Shown one piece after another: positions 14,587 to 29,310 of a stretch of DNA of 64,000 nucleotides. Every line of letters starts with the position of its first letter. Within the stretch, counting starts at the first letter, position 1. Position numbers and translations under genes: made by a program. The DNA is from the human T2T-CHM13v2.0 reference genome, Homo sapiens, in NCBI RefSeq assembly GCF_009914755.1, contig NC_060937.1; one strand, written 5' to 3'. Under the pieces are notes generated by a model, which saw nothing but the letters and a program-made list of their open reading frames with translations, did no database searches and was not told the origin of the DNA.

Positions 14587-14949
14587 TCATCTGGAGAGAC
14601 ACAATTATGTTAATTTGATAAAGACCCCCATAGAGAAATACATAAGCTGTAATGGAAATACATAGGAGAGACTCAAGGCGAGAGGGACTGAGATCTGGGA
14701 AGTCTTTCTCATGCCTTATTCAACATCACATATTGATACTGAGAGCACATGCTGGAAGTCTAATGTCAATGAGAAAGCCTTCAGGCATACATTAGCTCTT
14801 GTTTTCCATCATAACATTCATAATGGAAAGATGCGCCATATAAAAGCAGTACCTAAAAGCTTTATGCTGTGGCACAATCCTTCCTGAACATTAAAGGAAT
14901 CAAGCAGGAGAGAAATAATGAATGCGAAGAATGTTTTAGTCCAGACTTC

Positions 14950-15430
14950 TGTATTCAATCATTAAATAAATAACGAGTGCATCCATATGCCAGTCACTCC
15001 TCTAAGACTAGGGATACAGGCGTGAACAAGACGATGTCCCTGCCTTAAGAGAACTTTCATTTTTAACTGGGCAGGAACAGACAATACATCTATACAAAAA
15101 TGTATGATGCAGTATAATTTCAGATATTGAGAAGTGCTATGGCCAACCTAATATAGGGCCATGAGCTGGGGAGTGACTTAAGAGATGAATGGTGTCTGCT
15201 GTCACTTGGGTGGTCAAGGGTGGTGACATTGAATGAGAACTAAATGATGCTCATGTCTAGAGTTCCTGAGAAGGGAATGGGCCTGGGATGTCTGAGCAAT
15301 AGAAAGGATTCCAGTGTTTGCTAGAGCTGGGTGATCCAGGCCGGAGGGGAGACAGTGAGGCTAGGGAGGTAGATGGGGCGGCATCCGAAGACATGCCAGC
15401 CATCTCATAGCAGGGATGGCCATGCCAAAA
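14950..15430 (-). mobile_element. L2 relic
   Basis: tattcaatcattaaataaataacgagtgc and ctaagactagggatacaggcgtgaacaagac resemble the L2 3' end in reverse. Confidence 0.6.
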
Positions 15431-15899
15431 ATGGCTGTGGGGAAATTGCCAATGGAGGCACATCTCACACTGAATATAAGAAGATTCATTATTAAAAAAA
15501 CAAACTCTATATTTAAGGAATGTGGAAAAGCCTCAGACATAACTCATACTTCTGTAATCATAAGAGAATTCAAACTAGTGAGAAATTCTCTACAGGAAAA
15601 TTACATGGAAGACCTTCCCCCACAGATCATCTTCTCCTCTCTATCAGAGGCTTTGTGATTGCACCCCATGATTGCAATCCATGTGAAGCACCTTCAGGCG
15701 TAGTTTAACACCTCCCAATCCTCAGGGACTTCACACAGGAGAGTAATCCTGGGAATGTAATGGGGGTGCAGCAAGATGTTAAACGCTGAATTCTGTGGTT
15801 TTAATCTAAGCCTGAGTGGTTTTTATCGATTCCTTTTATAGTTAGCAGTTAATAGAGAAGAAGGCAGACACAGTCATCTAGGGGTAAGAAGGACCTGGG

Positions 15900-16535
15900 G
15901 CCAATTAATAAATGTCCCATGAATCTTTCTGGAATGTTCTTGCTGAACAGCATTTTCTTTCTAAGAAAGCAGAACTTTGGAAGACGAGGTTATCAGAGCC
16001 AATGAACTGGGTCCATAAGAAGTGGTCCACTGAGACTCAATGGTGGTTTCTCTGCCTGCCTACATCCCTCACCACATACACCAAACACTGACTAGAACCA
16101 CGGCTATGTACCAAGCACAGTGCACAGTCTGCATTAACAAGACTACCATTGCGTTGTCTTCATTAACATGACGTTGCTGTTACTGGAAGCCTCACCTAGG
16201 TGAATAGCTTTATTGTTTATTACAGGAACTTCCAGAACAACCATCAGCTCTTCCCTAGAAAACGTTCCCCTCAACTCCAAACCTTTGTCTTGCTGCTTCC
16301 ACCAATCATAAACTATTTGGTTATAATCCTTATCCATTCCTAATCAACCACCTGTACTGAAAGAGCAACCTTAAAACACCTTCAAAATGCCAATGAAATC
16401 TGACCTTGCTTTTCTCTTTCTGAGACAGTTCTGAAGCCCCGATGGGGTGGTGTCCTCCCCTGCAGTGGTAAGCAATGAACTAGGCCCTGTTGTATCACTA
16501 GATTGTACTGATGCTATCTGGGGATGGTACTGACA
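15900..16535 (+). mobile_element. Old ERVL-type LTR relic (MER54/73/74-like)
   Basis: 3' end ctgcagtggtaagcaatgaactaggccctgttgtatca...tactgaca resembles this group; the left boundary is uncertain. Confidence 0.4.
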
Positions 16536-16629
16536 TGCCAGAATTTGGGGGAGGCGGAATATACCAAGACAAATGGGACAGAGCCTGGGAGCCTTCATCC
16601 TGGTGCTTGAGATAGACTAAAAACATAAC

Positions 16630-17049
16630 AAAATCAAGAGGATGAAAAGACAAGCCACACACTGGGAGAAAATATTTGTAAAATTCATGCCTGATAAAAG
16701 ACTGGTATCAAAATATACAAGCAATTCTCAAAACTCAACAAGTAGAAAGCAAACAACTCAATTAAAAAGTGGGCAAAAGATCTGAACAAATACCTCACCA
16801 AAGAAAATACACAGATGGCAAATAAGCATAGGAAAATGTGCTCCACACCATAGATCATTAGGGAACTGCAAATTAAAATAAGGAGATGCCACTACACACC
16901 TATTAGAATGACCAACATCTAAAACACTGAGAGCACCAAATGCTGGCAACAACAGAAACTCTCATTCTTTGTTGGGGGGAATGCAAAAATTGTGTAGCCA
17001 CTCTGACAGACAGTTTGGCAGTTTCTTTCAAAACTAAACACACTCTTAC
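16630..17049 (+). mobile_element. Old L1M (L1MC-like) ORF2 3' part, left segment
   Basis: gatgaaaagacaagccacacactgggagaaaatatttg...aaaagtgggcaaaagatctgaac...ttggcagtttc. Confidence 0.85.
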
Positions 17050-17180
17050 TGCTATAGATTGAATGTGTCCCCCCAGAATTGATATATGGAAACCTAACTC
17101 CCAAGGTGATGGTGTTGGGATGTGATTAGGTCATGAGGGTGAGACTCACTGATGAAGTCTTCATTATAAAAGGGGGTCTA
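17050..17180 (+). mobile_element. MLT1A/MST-like LTR, 5' part
   Basis: Starts tgctatagattgaatgtgtccccccag; interrupted by the L1PA. Confidence 0.75.
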
Positions 17181-18970
<1,790 letters not shown>

Positions 18971-19094
18971 TATATGAAAAAGAAAAAAAGCTGATAAAAT
19001 AGATGATCTCAAAAATAAACAATTATTTATATTTTAAAATGATTTCAATGTAAACTAATAAACATTTCAAAGTAAACATAAAAAAGGCTCATCC

Positions 19095-19238
19095 TTTTGA
19101 TATGAGCAGGCCCTCACCAAACACCGAATCTGCCACACCTTGGACTTTTAGCTTCTAGAACTGTAAGAAATACATTTGTGTTGTTTAGAAGCCACCCGGT
19201 CTATGGTATTCTGTTTATAGCAGCCCAAACTGACTAAC
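19095..19238 (+). mobile_element. MLT1A/MST-like LTR, 3' part
   Basis: ggccctcaccaaacaccgaatctgcc...ctagaactgtaagaaatacatttgtgttgttt...atagcagcccaaactgactaa. Confidence 0.8.
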
Positions 19239-19239
19239 G

Positions 19240-19945
19240 TGGGCAGTCATACTCATTGGTGTTTATCCAAATCAGTTGAAAACTTATATCTACACAAAAA
19301 CCTGCAGATGGATATTTAAGGCAGCTGTATTCACAATTGCTAAAGCTTGGAAGCAACCCAATAAGTCTTTCAGTAGGTGAATAGATAAATAAACTGCGGT
19401 ATATCAGGCAATGGAGTTCTACTCGGTGATAAACAGAACTGAGCTACATGAAGGAAATGTAAATGCATATTACTAAGTGAAAGAAGCCAATCTTAAAAGG
19501 CCAGAGATAAATACTGTATAATTCTAAGTACGTAACATTCTGGAAAAGCTAAAACTATGGAGCTAGTAAAAAGATCAGTGGTGTCCAGGGGTTTGGAAGA
19601 GAGAGAGATGCGTAGGTGGAGCACAGAGGATCTTCAGGGCAGTGAAACTATTCTACATGACACTATCATGATAGACACATTACATCCTTACACTAGTTGA
19701 AACCCGTAGAAGGTACTACACCAAGAGTGAACTCTAATGTAAACTATGGACTTTAGTTAATAATAATGTATCAATATTGGCTCCTCAATTATAGCGAATA
19801 TATCACACTAATGCAAGATATTAATCATGGGAAGAATTGGTGCTGGTGGTGGTTGGGGGGTGATGAGTATATGGGAACTCTTTCTACTTTCCACTGAATT
19901 TTTTTGTAAAGTAGAAACCTTTCAAAAATAAAGTTTGTAATTAAC
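19240..19945 (+). mobile_element. Old L1M (L1MC-like) 3' end, right segment
   Basis: Resumes L1 sequence (aaaacttatatctacacaaaaacctgca; aagtgaaagaagccaatc; gaactctaatgtaaactatggacttt). Confidence 0.85.
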
Positions 19946-22050
19946 CCTCCCCAAATCCCAGATGATTAAAATATGGTGAGATGAATCATTTGGTAGAGGT
20001 AGGCATCCAGTATAATGAGTCACATCTTAGCAGGCTGCTGACCCGGACGCTGGGGAGCAGAGGGATAAACTGCATAGGAGAGCCTCTGAGGAGGTTAGCA
20101 GAGCCCTGAAGAGTGAGAGTAGATTTGGCAGATGGCAAGGGGCACAAGGACATTGCAGGCGAATGAAGTCACATTTATGAATGCCTATGGTGTCCAAGTG
20201 CGGGTCTCCGGGGGTTCCAGTTCTGCTGCAGTGCAGGGTGCAAGGGAGGAAGGTGGGTGGGGCCAAGTCATAAAGGGGATCTCTGCGATGCTCAGGAGGG
20301 AAGAGACCGCCTTTAGGAGAAGGGGCGGGACGTGGTCAGTGTGCATCTAGAACCATCACTCCTATTGCGGTGGAGAGGTGGTCATAAGGGCAAAGTGAGC
20401 GGTAGCAGGGCCGGTGAGGATGCCGCTGGAGCAAGCCAAGGATGGAGATTGTGCTGGATCCACCTTGGTACCCGTGATGCTTGGCGCAGTGCTAGAGGCT
20501 CTGTGCAAACCTGCGTAGCATTCGCTGAATGCTTAGGGTGAGCAGTAGGACTGGCGTTTTCTATACTGGGACTTGAAACGTCTTCTCTCCTGACCTCCTC
20601 AACCTTCTCCTCTACTACATCTAAAATGTTACAGCAAACATCTTTTCTGAATCCTAGATAGGAATGTATGATCTGATAACTGTGTAAAATATTGGACAAG
20701 GTGGGTTGTCTCTGAAAATCTGGGCTGTCTGGTGTCTCTGTTTGAAGAGTCAGAGGAACATTTCTCTTTACTACTTTTCAGAGATGGAGATATTTCATTC
20801 TGAGCTCTTGCCTGAAAAAGTAGGAAAAATAATTTATAAAAAACAGAAAAGAAAAGGTCTAGAATGTGTTTCATTTATGTAGTAAAAGACTTCTGGGCTG
20901 TATAACAGCATGACTTTTCAAAGTGCATAATGACCCTCTTTATTAGTTTTAGCAACTTATTAGAGTATTTTGGAGGCAGAATTTTCTATGAATAGGTAGA
21001 AGACACATATAGAAAAGAGTGCTCCTAAGGCATTCTTGCTGACAGCATAATAATAGCTCTGCCCCTGGCATTACAGAACAGACGGCCACACAGCACCCTT
21101 GACTTCAAAGTCACTTTGTCTTCAGAGAAATTTACTGTAATTCCTCACAAAGGCCTTTGAAAATTACATTTAACATATTGTATCCCTATAATCCTTCATG
21201 TTTTTGCCTTCCTATAATTTGTGCTGTAGACATTATCCGTTAAAAGCAAAATTTAAAATATAAGATCAACTTTTATTCCAGGCATGAAAGAAGACAATTT
21301 AGATCAGCTCACACATCTGGCGCTCTCTCCCTCTCTCTTGCTTTTACTCATCAGTTGCTCTTTACAGGATGCCTCCTTCCTCTGAGGCTTTAGCGCAGAG
21401 CTAATAATATCATTATTGTTTCCTTAGTTCTGGTGTCAGTGCAGAGCCTTGCATTTGCACAGCCAAAGATGGCATGTGGCTTCCAAACTTTATCACTTGG
21501 ACCTCCAAAGATTTCACAAAGGGCTTCCAGGAGAAGCGCTGGTATCCAAAATACCTATTGAGCTGGAGCTGCTTCACCTTGATCGCTTTCATCTTTGGGA
21601 GCCTGTCTGTATGATTTAATTTGGAGATCAGTCTCCCTGCTTAAACAGACAAACGAGAAAGGGTGAAAACACATGGTCTTGGTGAAACTTACGCACAGAC
21701 AACAGGCCATGCATATATGCGTTCTTCACTACGGCTCTCTCACCAGCCCAGTTCTTACTGTCCTAACTCAGAGGACAAACAGATTTAGATACCATTTTGG
21801 ATCAATTCTCTGCTGTCCAAAACTCTCACTACATGCTGTCTGAAACTCTGGAATCAGATACTTTAGATGACATTGATCTCTGGCTATCCAAACCTGGCGA
21901 CTGAATACATTTGTATTAATGCATCCAGCAATAATCCTACACAGTCGTGCACACTTGTGTGAATACAACTTCAGGACTGAGAAAAATAACGGAATGAACT
22001 TTCTGCTTTCCCTTACCACAATTTTTTTTCACTGCCATAGAGCAAGTGAA

Positions 22051-22083
22051 TGTGTGTGTGTGTATGTGTGTGTGTGTGTGTGT
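22051..22083. repeat. (TG)n microsatellite
   Basis: About 16 TG units with one TA interruption. Confidence 0.95.
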
Positions 22084-22198
22084 TTATGGGGAGAGGGTGT
22101 CTTCTTAGATTCCATTTTCAAACATAGGAAAGTTAAAGAATTAGAAAGTATTATGTCTGCATATTTCAGATTTGACAGTTAAGAAATTTTAATTTCCT

Positions 22199-22515
<317 letters not shown>

Positions 22516-24309
22516 TTAATTTCAATTTCCCATAGAATTTTCCACAGGTTTTAATTTTTTAAAAAGTTCAGCATGGAATTTCAGCACATGGGTGGAGTTA
22601 GGAGTGGAGCGAGCCTCAGGAGAGCTGGTGTTTGGGAAGGGACTTTGTGTCCTTCACATGAGATTTAAATTCCCATTCTGATACTTTCTAGTTGGTGACC
22701 ATCTCTCTATATCTCAGTTCTGTATATATAAACTCTCAAATCTCATGGCTTTTTTGGGTATTCACCTTTTTTCCTATGATGACCCTGTGCAAATAATACT
22801 AAAAACTAACAAGTTTATATGACTCTCTCCTGTTAATCTACCTGTTGTCAGTCTTCTACCTAGGAGGTTAGAAGGAAAGTCTTTTTCTTCTCTGCAAATG
22901 CTAATAACAGTAACAAAAATGTGAGATGAGATCCCATTGAGTTTTCCCGTTTGCTTGCCATTCCAACGTATTCTATGTGTATGGAAAATTGTATATAAAT
23001 CTCAGTATTACTGTTGATAACGGTCTCCATACTCAACTGGACAAAACAGAGGTGTTGTGTGTTAGAACCTATTTTAATTAATCTATATTTTGGTCCTGTG
23101 AAATTGTTCCAAAAAGGAAAAAGAGCTAATAGTAGCATCATTAAAAAGTGCTTGTTAAGTGATGCCACGCATTTACAAAGCATGCCATTTGGCTCAAGGG
23201 GAGGATGAAAGCATGGAGTGTGTCTTCTTACAGTTTGTAGTGAGTCATCTTCCCCAGACAAAGGGGGAGCATATGGCCTAACAAGCAAGGCAGCAGACTG
23301 ATCTGCACTTTGACAAGGAGACCCAGTGGGGTGAGCTGGCATCCCACCTTTGGGCTGGTTACTTGGTGACATCAGGTAAGTGCCAAAAATATCAAAGGCT
23401 GATACTTAATTCTGAATCCTTCTGAAATCCTTCCATTGGTTTTTATTACCTCTAATGGCTACTTCGGTAATGGTGGGAGGTTGCCTGATTCAAAGAAAGT
23501 GAAGTGAGATCACCATAAGAAGGAGTGGTATTCTCAACCAGCTGACACTTTTAGGGGTAATGTGCTAAGCCACAGTCAACAAGGGACCTCAGAAAGGCCT
23601 TTTGGATTTAGGTGGATGAGCCTCTTGGGGGACCGCCATTTGGAAAAGCTTAACCATACTTTTATTCCCAGGATACTTCTTCAACTGCTGGCCACTGACT
23701 TATACAGATAATTTTCTGTCATTACAGACTGCACCCGTGGATTTTAACGCTTTCTTTGCTGTCAGAGCCTAGGCAAAGGTTCCTGCGAAATTTCTGCCCT
23801 CAGGAAATGAAGCCGTGTTTCTAGAGGGAGCTTGAACCTCTGAGCCTCACTTCACCTCTTTTGATGTGTCTTTGTCAAACTCTGAATACTCTTGATTCAG
23901 ATGTCCATAAAGTCAAGAAGATGATCACAAAATATAAAAAGCTGATGAATCTTTTGGAAAGTTAACAATTTTCTTTAGGAGTTTTTCTCTTCCCTGTGTA
24001 AAATGTTCCCCCCAGTTTGCCTCTTCATGATCCATTCAGAGCTGTGTCAGGAGGGAGATAAAGAAGCAGAAGGACCCATGTGAATTTCTCCCTGACGTTT
24101 CCATGCCCTCCCTCCCATTCAGACACGACCCCCTTTCAAGCGTTGCAAGCGGGAAGCAACCTACTGGTTATGGGTATTCTGAAAATACTGTAGAAAAACA
24201 TAGTCCCAGAGGACACTCAGAGAGAAGCCGTAGAGCTAAGAGACCAGATTCTAGTTCTGATACTCTAAGTAGCTATGCAACCTGTGGTTAAAAAAAAATA
24301 AGAAAGAAA

Positions 24310-24545
24310 CTCGACTATATTGACAAATTACCATGTGTCAGGCACTTTACATGCATTTTCTTATTTAATCCTCACAAGGTACTCCTAAGAAAGGTAATTT
24401 TCTACTTACTTTGCAGATAAACAAACTGTGATTCAGAGTCTGTGAACTATTCCAAGTTAACATCAGTAGTATGCAAATAAAACAGAAAACTCAGACATCA
24501 GTTTGGATTTCAGGATGAAAACAGACTGAATTCGAACACGCCCCA
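24310..24545 (-). mobile_element. MIR relic
   Basis: ccatgtgtcaggcactttacatgcattttcttatttaatcctcacaa and tttgcagataaacaaactgtg. Confidence 0.7.
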
Positions 24546-24659
24546 GGCAAGGGGTCCAGGGGCCACACCCCTCCATAGGGAGCTGTGGCTCCAGATCTTG
24601 GGTCACCCAAGGAGGTCTCTATGGGACAAGAATGGCTTGGAATCTGGATAGGGCATGAG

Positions 24660-24860
24660 GCCCCATGGAGGGTTGTGGCCCCGGGGGATATTTGACAGTG
24701 TATGGAGACATATTTGAATGTCACGAGTGGGACAGAACCTAATGCTATCTAGGGGCTGGAGGCCAGGAGTGCTGGGACACCCCCGCAATGCCCAGACTGC
24801 TCCCACATCAGAGAATCCTCTGGTCTAAAATGTCCATCTTGCCAAGGCTGGGGAGCCCTA
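24660..24860. mobile_element. MER20 (hAT) relic
   Basis: ggggatatttgacagtgtatggagacatattt...gaggccaggagtgctg...agaatcctctggtctaaaatgtcca. Confidence 0.8.
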
Positions 24861-25177
24861 GTGCACCCTTCTAAATTATGGAATTCAGTTGGTGGAGGAT
24901 TCAAGGAATCCGAGAAAGTGAGGCTTGACCTGATGGTTTGGGTCTCTGGAGATGCCGGCTGTTCTCCCCTGGGGACAACGCCCTTCACAAGCTCAGCTCC
25001 CAGGCTCCCGCCGGGCTGCTGCTGCAGGAAGGTGCACTGGGCTTGGGGAGGGATGGGGTTTGGAGGGGAGGGCAGCAGGCTTTGGTGCCGGAGACTGCTT
25101 AGTCACAACCCGACCACTGAAGTGAAGCTGGAGAGAATGGCAAGCCTACTGATTTAGAGCATAAGATTTCAACTGGC

Positions 25178-25467
25178 AGCCAGGCACGATGGCTCACGCC
25201 TGTAATCCCAGCTCTTTGGAAGGCTGAGGCGAGTGGATCACGAGGTCAGGAGTTCAAGACCAGCCTAGCCAAGATGGTGAAACCCCGTCTCTATTAAAAA
25301 TACAAAAAATTAGCCGGGTGTGGTGGCCGGCGCCTGTAATTCCAGCTACTGAGGAAGTTGAGGCAGAGAATTGCTTGAACCCCGGAGGCAAAGTTGCAGT
25401 GAGCTGAGTTTGCACCACTACACTCCAGCCTGGCAACAGAGTGAGACTCTGTCTTAAAAAAAAAAAT
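25178..25467 (+). mobile_element. AluSg-like
   Basis: ggatcacgaggtcaggagttcaagaccagcctagccaagatgg. Confidence 0.92.
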
Positions 25468-25908
25468 CCATCTGGCCACCCTCCATTTTGGAAGCCTCAG
25501 CCTTGAGGTCTTGAGGGTTGGACTGCAGTGGGTCTGAGGTCCTCAGGGACCAGGCGGGAGATGCATTCCACACCATCTCTTGTTTTCTTGGTCTGCAGAA
25601 ACGATGCAGCAACCCAAGGAGGGTTCTGCTGCTCAAACAGTGGACCAGGCCGGCTACCACCACAGGCTTAGCACGTGCTCTGCCTGGAATCCCGTTTCCT
25701 CCGGGGGTTGTTGGCTTGTTCCCTCACAATGCACAAGTTTCTGCCTGAAATCACCTTTTCAGGAAAACCATCCTGCTCTTAAGGTAGTCTCCACCCACCT
25801 CTCTCACCAGAATTTCAGTTTCATGAGAGGAGTGACATTGCTGGTCTTGGTCACTGCATCACCGTGTTCTTATCAGTATTGGATCATTTTCAATTTCACA
25901 TGAAAAAA

Positions 25909-27170
25909 GTGTGTATGGTGTGTATGTGCATGGTGTGTGTGTGTGTGTTGTGTGTGATGTTTGTGGTATGTGTGGATGTTTGTGGTATGTGTGCAGTGTA
26001 TGTATGTGTGTGTAGTGTATTTGTATAGTGTGTGGTGTGTGTAAGGGATGTGTATGTGGGGTGTGTGATGTGTGTATTTCTCTGAGGGATGTGTGTGTAT
26101 ATGGTGTGTGGCGTGTGGGGTTTGTGGGGTGTGTGGGGTGTCTGGAATGCATATGAGGTGTGTGTGGTATCTGTAAGGGATGTGTATGTGGGGTGTGTGA
26201 TGTGTGTGTTTCTGTGAGGGATGTGTGTGTGGGTGTGTGGTGTGTGGGGTGCATGTGAGGTGTGTGTGGTGTAGTGTGGGGGTGTGTGTGGTGTAGTGTG
26301 GGGGAGTGTGTGGTGTGTATGTTATGTGTGGGGTGCATGCGTGGTACACGCTATGTGGTGTATGTGTCTGTAAGGGGTGTATATGTGGGATGTGTGATGT
26401 CTGTGTGTCTGTTAGGGATGTGTGTATGTTGTGTGGTGTAGTGTGTGGGGGGCGTGTGGTGTGTGTGTGGTATATATGAAGTGTGGGTTGTGTGTCTGTA
26501 AGACATGTGTATGAGGGGTATGTGATGTGTGTTTCTGTGAGGGATGTGTGTGTGTTGTGTGGTGTGTTGTGTGTGTGGGGTGTGATGTGTGTTTTGTGTG
26601 GGTGTGGGGTGTGTGTGGGGTGCATATGAGGTGTGTGGGGTGTGTGATGTGTGTCTGTAAGGGATGTGTATGTGGGGTGTGTAATGTGTGTTTCTGTGAG
26701 GCATGTGTGTGTGTTGTGTGTGTGGGAAGTGTGTATGTTGTGTGGGGGTATGTGCATGTGGTGTGTCTGTAAGGGATGTGTATGTGGGGTTGTTGTGTGT
26801 GGCGGGTGTGTGGTATGTGTGGGGTGTGTGGTGTGTGGGGGTGCATATGAGGTGTCTGGGTGTGTGGTGTGTGTCTGTAAGGGATGTGTTTGTGGGGTGT
26901 GTGATGTCTGTGTGTCTGTGAGGGATGTGTGTGTGTTGTGTGGTGTGTTGTGTGTGGGGTATGTGGTGTATTGGGGGTATGTGTGGTGTGTGGGGTGTGT
27001 GGTATGTGTGGGGTGCATATGAGGTGTGTGGGTGTGTGGTGTGTGTCTGTAAGAGATGTGTTTGTGGGGTGTGTGATGTGTGTTTCTGTGAGGGATGTGT
27101 GTGGGTGTGTCGTGAGGGATGTGTGTATGGAATGTGTGTGTGTGTGTGTGTGTGTGTGTGTTGTGTTGTT
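25909..27170. repeat. TG/GT-rich compound low-complexity repeat with ~110-200 bp higher-order units
   Basis: Plus strand almost entirely G/T; anchor motif gtaagggatgtg and variants recur about 8 times; ends in a pure (TG)n tract. Confidence 0.95.
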
Positions 27171-28148
27171 TGCTTGTTGGGGGTGTCTTTGACCAAGCAC
27201 ACTCTCGTAGGACCACTGAGTTGCACAATTCCAGGCACAGCAGATCTGAGTTAAGGTGAGCAAAATCTTGAAAGATTATTTATCACTCAAACTCATGGGC
27301 CTCTCGTAGACATGACCTGACAAGGCCACCAAGGCAACCCAGTGCAGGACTTCTTAGGGCCTGGCCAGCTGGTCTTTCGCCGACGTTGAACACTGGGCTG
27401 GGCAGCATTTATTTGGAGTTTAACAAAAACTCCACTCAGACCATCTGTTTCAGTCACTAAATAAACAGAAAATACAAATTTAAAAATAATTAGGAAAACA
27501 GCACATTGGGCAGTCACCCATTTAGGAAACAGAGTGATAGTAGTGTTAGGCTCAAAGTATCTCAGCTATTCCTAATTGATCAAAATATCCTGATGTTTAT
27601 AGCAAATGAGAGAGTGACTCAGAATGAAATGAAGTCAGCGAAATGCCAGAAGTTTTTACATCCAAAACAGAGACATGGCCCATATGTTCAGAAATACTTT
27701 TGTCCTTAGGAAATGTTTATGAAAAAAAACCAAATAGGCAGTTCCTCCAAAAACAGACTCAAATAATAGTAATATGATTCAGATAACAGAAGCATTTTTT
27801 TCCATTAAGATGACTTTCCTTTTTTTTTTTTTTTTTTTTGCTAATTGTTTCACCCTTGTGTTTGAGAGACCATTCAGAGAGCAAATGCAAAAGGTTCCAT
27901 TCATGGCATGTTCATTTTTACATGCAAAAATTTGAGAAGGTTGAAGGGTTTTTAGAAAGCTTTTCACGGTGCCATCCATATACTGATTATGGTAAATAAA
28001 CATGATAAAAGATAATGCTATTGTCTCATAATATACAAAATATCTACACAAATATTTATAAGCAACTATATAGCTAGTATTTGCCCTCTGTATAATCCCA
28101 TCCATTTACACTGGGACATAGAAAACTGTGGTGCTAATCACATGATGA

Positions 28149-28486
<338 letters not shown>

Positions 28487-28803
28487 TTAAATAGTAGAAA
28501 ATAAGGGTACTACTAAGACCAGGAAGGAAAGGCGGCTGGTGCTGGAATGGGGCATTGCCGGACCCAGGGCAGTGACTGTGCTGCCTGGGAGAGTAAGCGA
28601 CAGACGCTGTGAGAAAGGGGAGTTGAGCTCCTTCCTTCGGAAAACACTGCAATGGGATCTCATCAGGCAGCTCTGAGAGTAGAGGGGTCCTCAACAGTCG
28701 TGCCAGGACAGCGTGTGCCTAGGAACTGCTCTTGGGGACTCTCACAGGCGCCCTGCACTGCCCCTGCTGTGCGTGTCTCCTGTTGCCTGGGAAGCTAAAG
28801 GGA

Positions 28804-29310
28804 CTGTGGTCCAGGCCTGCCATTGGCTCCCAAGAACCCCGCCTCCTGGTGACACCCCCTCCTCTTGAGTGTGGGTGAGACCTGAAGACTCACTTTTACC
28901 AAATGGAATATGGAAAAGATGTGGCCTCTGAGGTTGTTATAAAACAACTGTGACTTCATGGGGCTCTCCGTCCCTCACTCTCTGCAAATCTCTCACTCTG
29001 GGGCAACAGGCTCCCCCGTGAGCTGCCCCGTGGAGAAGCCCATGAGGCATGGAACCCAGAACCTAAGACCTGCCAGCGCCCCCTGTGTAAGCCTGGACGC
29101 CATCCTCCCGAGTCGGGCCTGGAGAGGGCCCCAGCCCCAGCCCCAGACCCAGCCGACGCTCTGAATGACACCCCACGAAAGGCCTTGAGTGAGAGAACGC
29201 AGGTAAGTTGTGCTCCCTGGCCGATCTGCAGAAACTGAGATAATAAATGTTTGTTTTCTAAGCCCTTAAATTTGGGGGTAATTTGTTTCATAGAAAGAGA
29301 TAATAAATAC
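28804..29310 (+). mobile_element. MLT1F-like MaLR LTR
   Basis: ctcctcttgagtgtgggtgagacctg...cagaaactgagataataaatgtttgttttctaagcccttaaatttgggggtaatttgtt...aataca. Confidence 0.8.

Noticed and set aside
22860-23372. 170-aa minus-strand ORF in unique sequence
   Set aside because: No recognisable domain or coding-like composition; compatible with chance in 64 kb.
26040-27120. Repeat-spacer look resembling a CRISPR array
   Set aside because: Spacers are themselves TG low-complexity, the period is irregular, there are no cas genes and the context is human.
25859-27263. Long His/Thr/Pro-rich (up to 451 aa) and Cys/Val-rich ORFs
   Set aside because: Open in several frames on both strands only because the CA/TG repeat is poor in stop codons; no promoter, splice or domain evidence.
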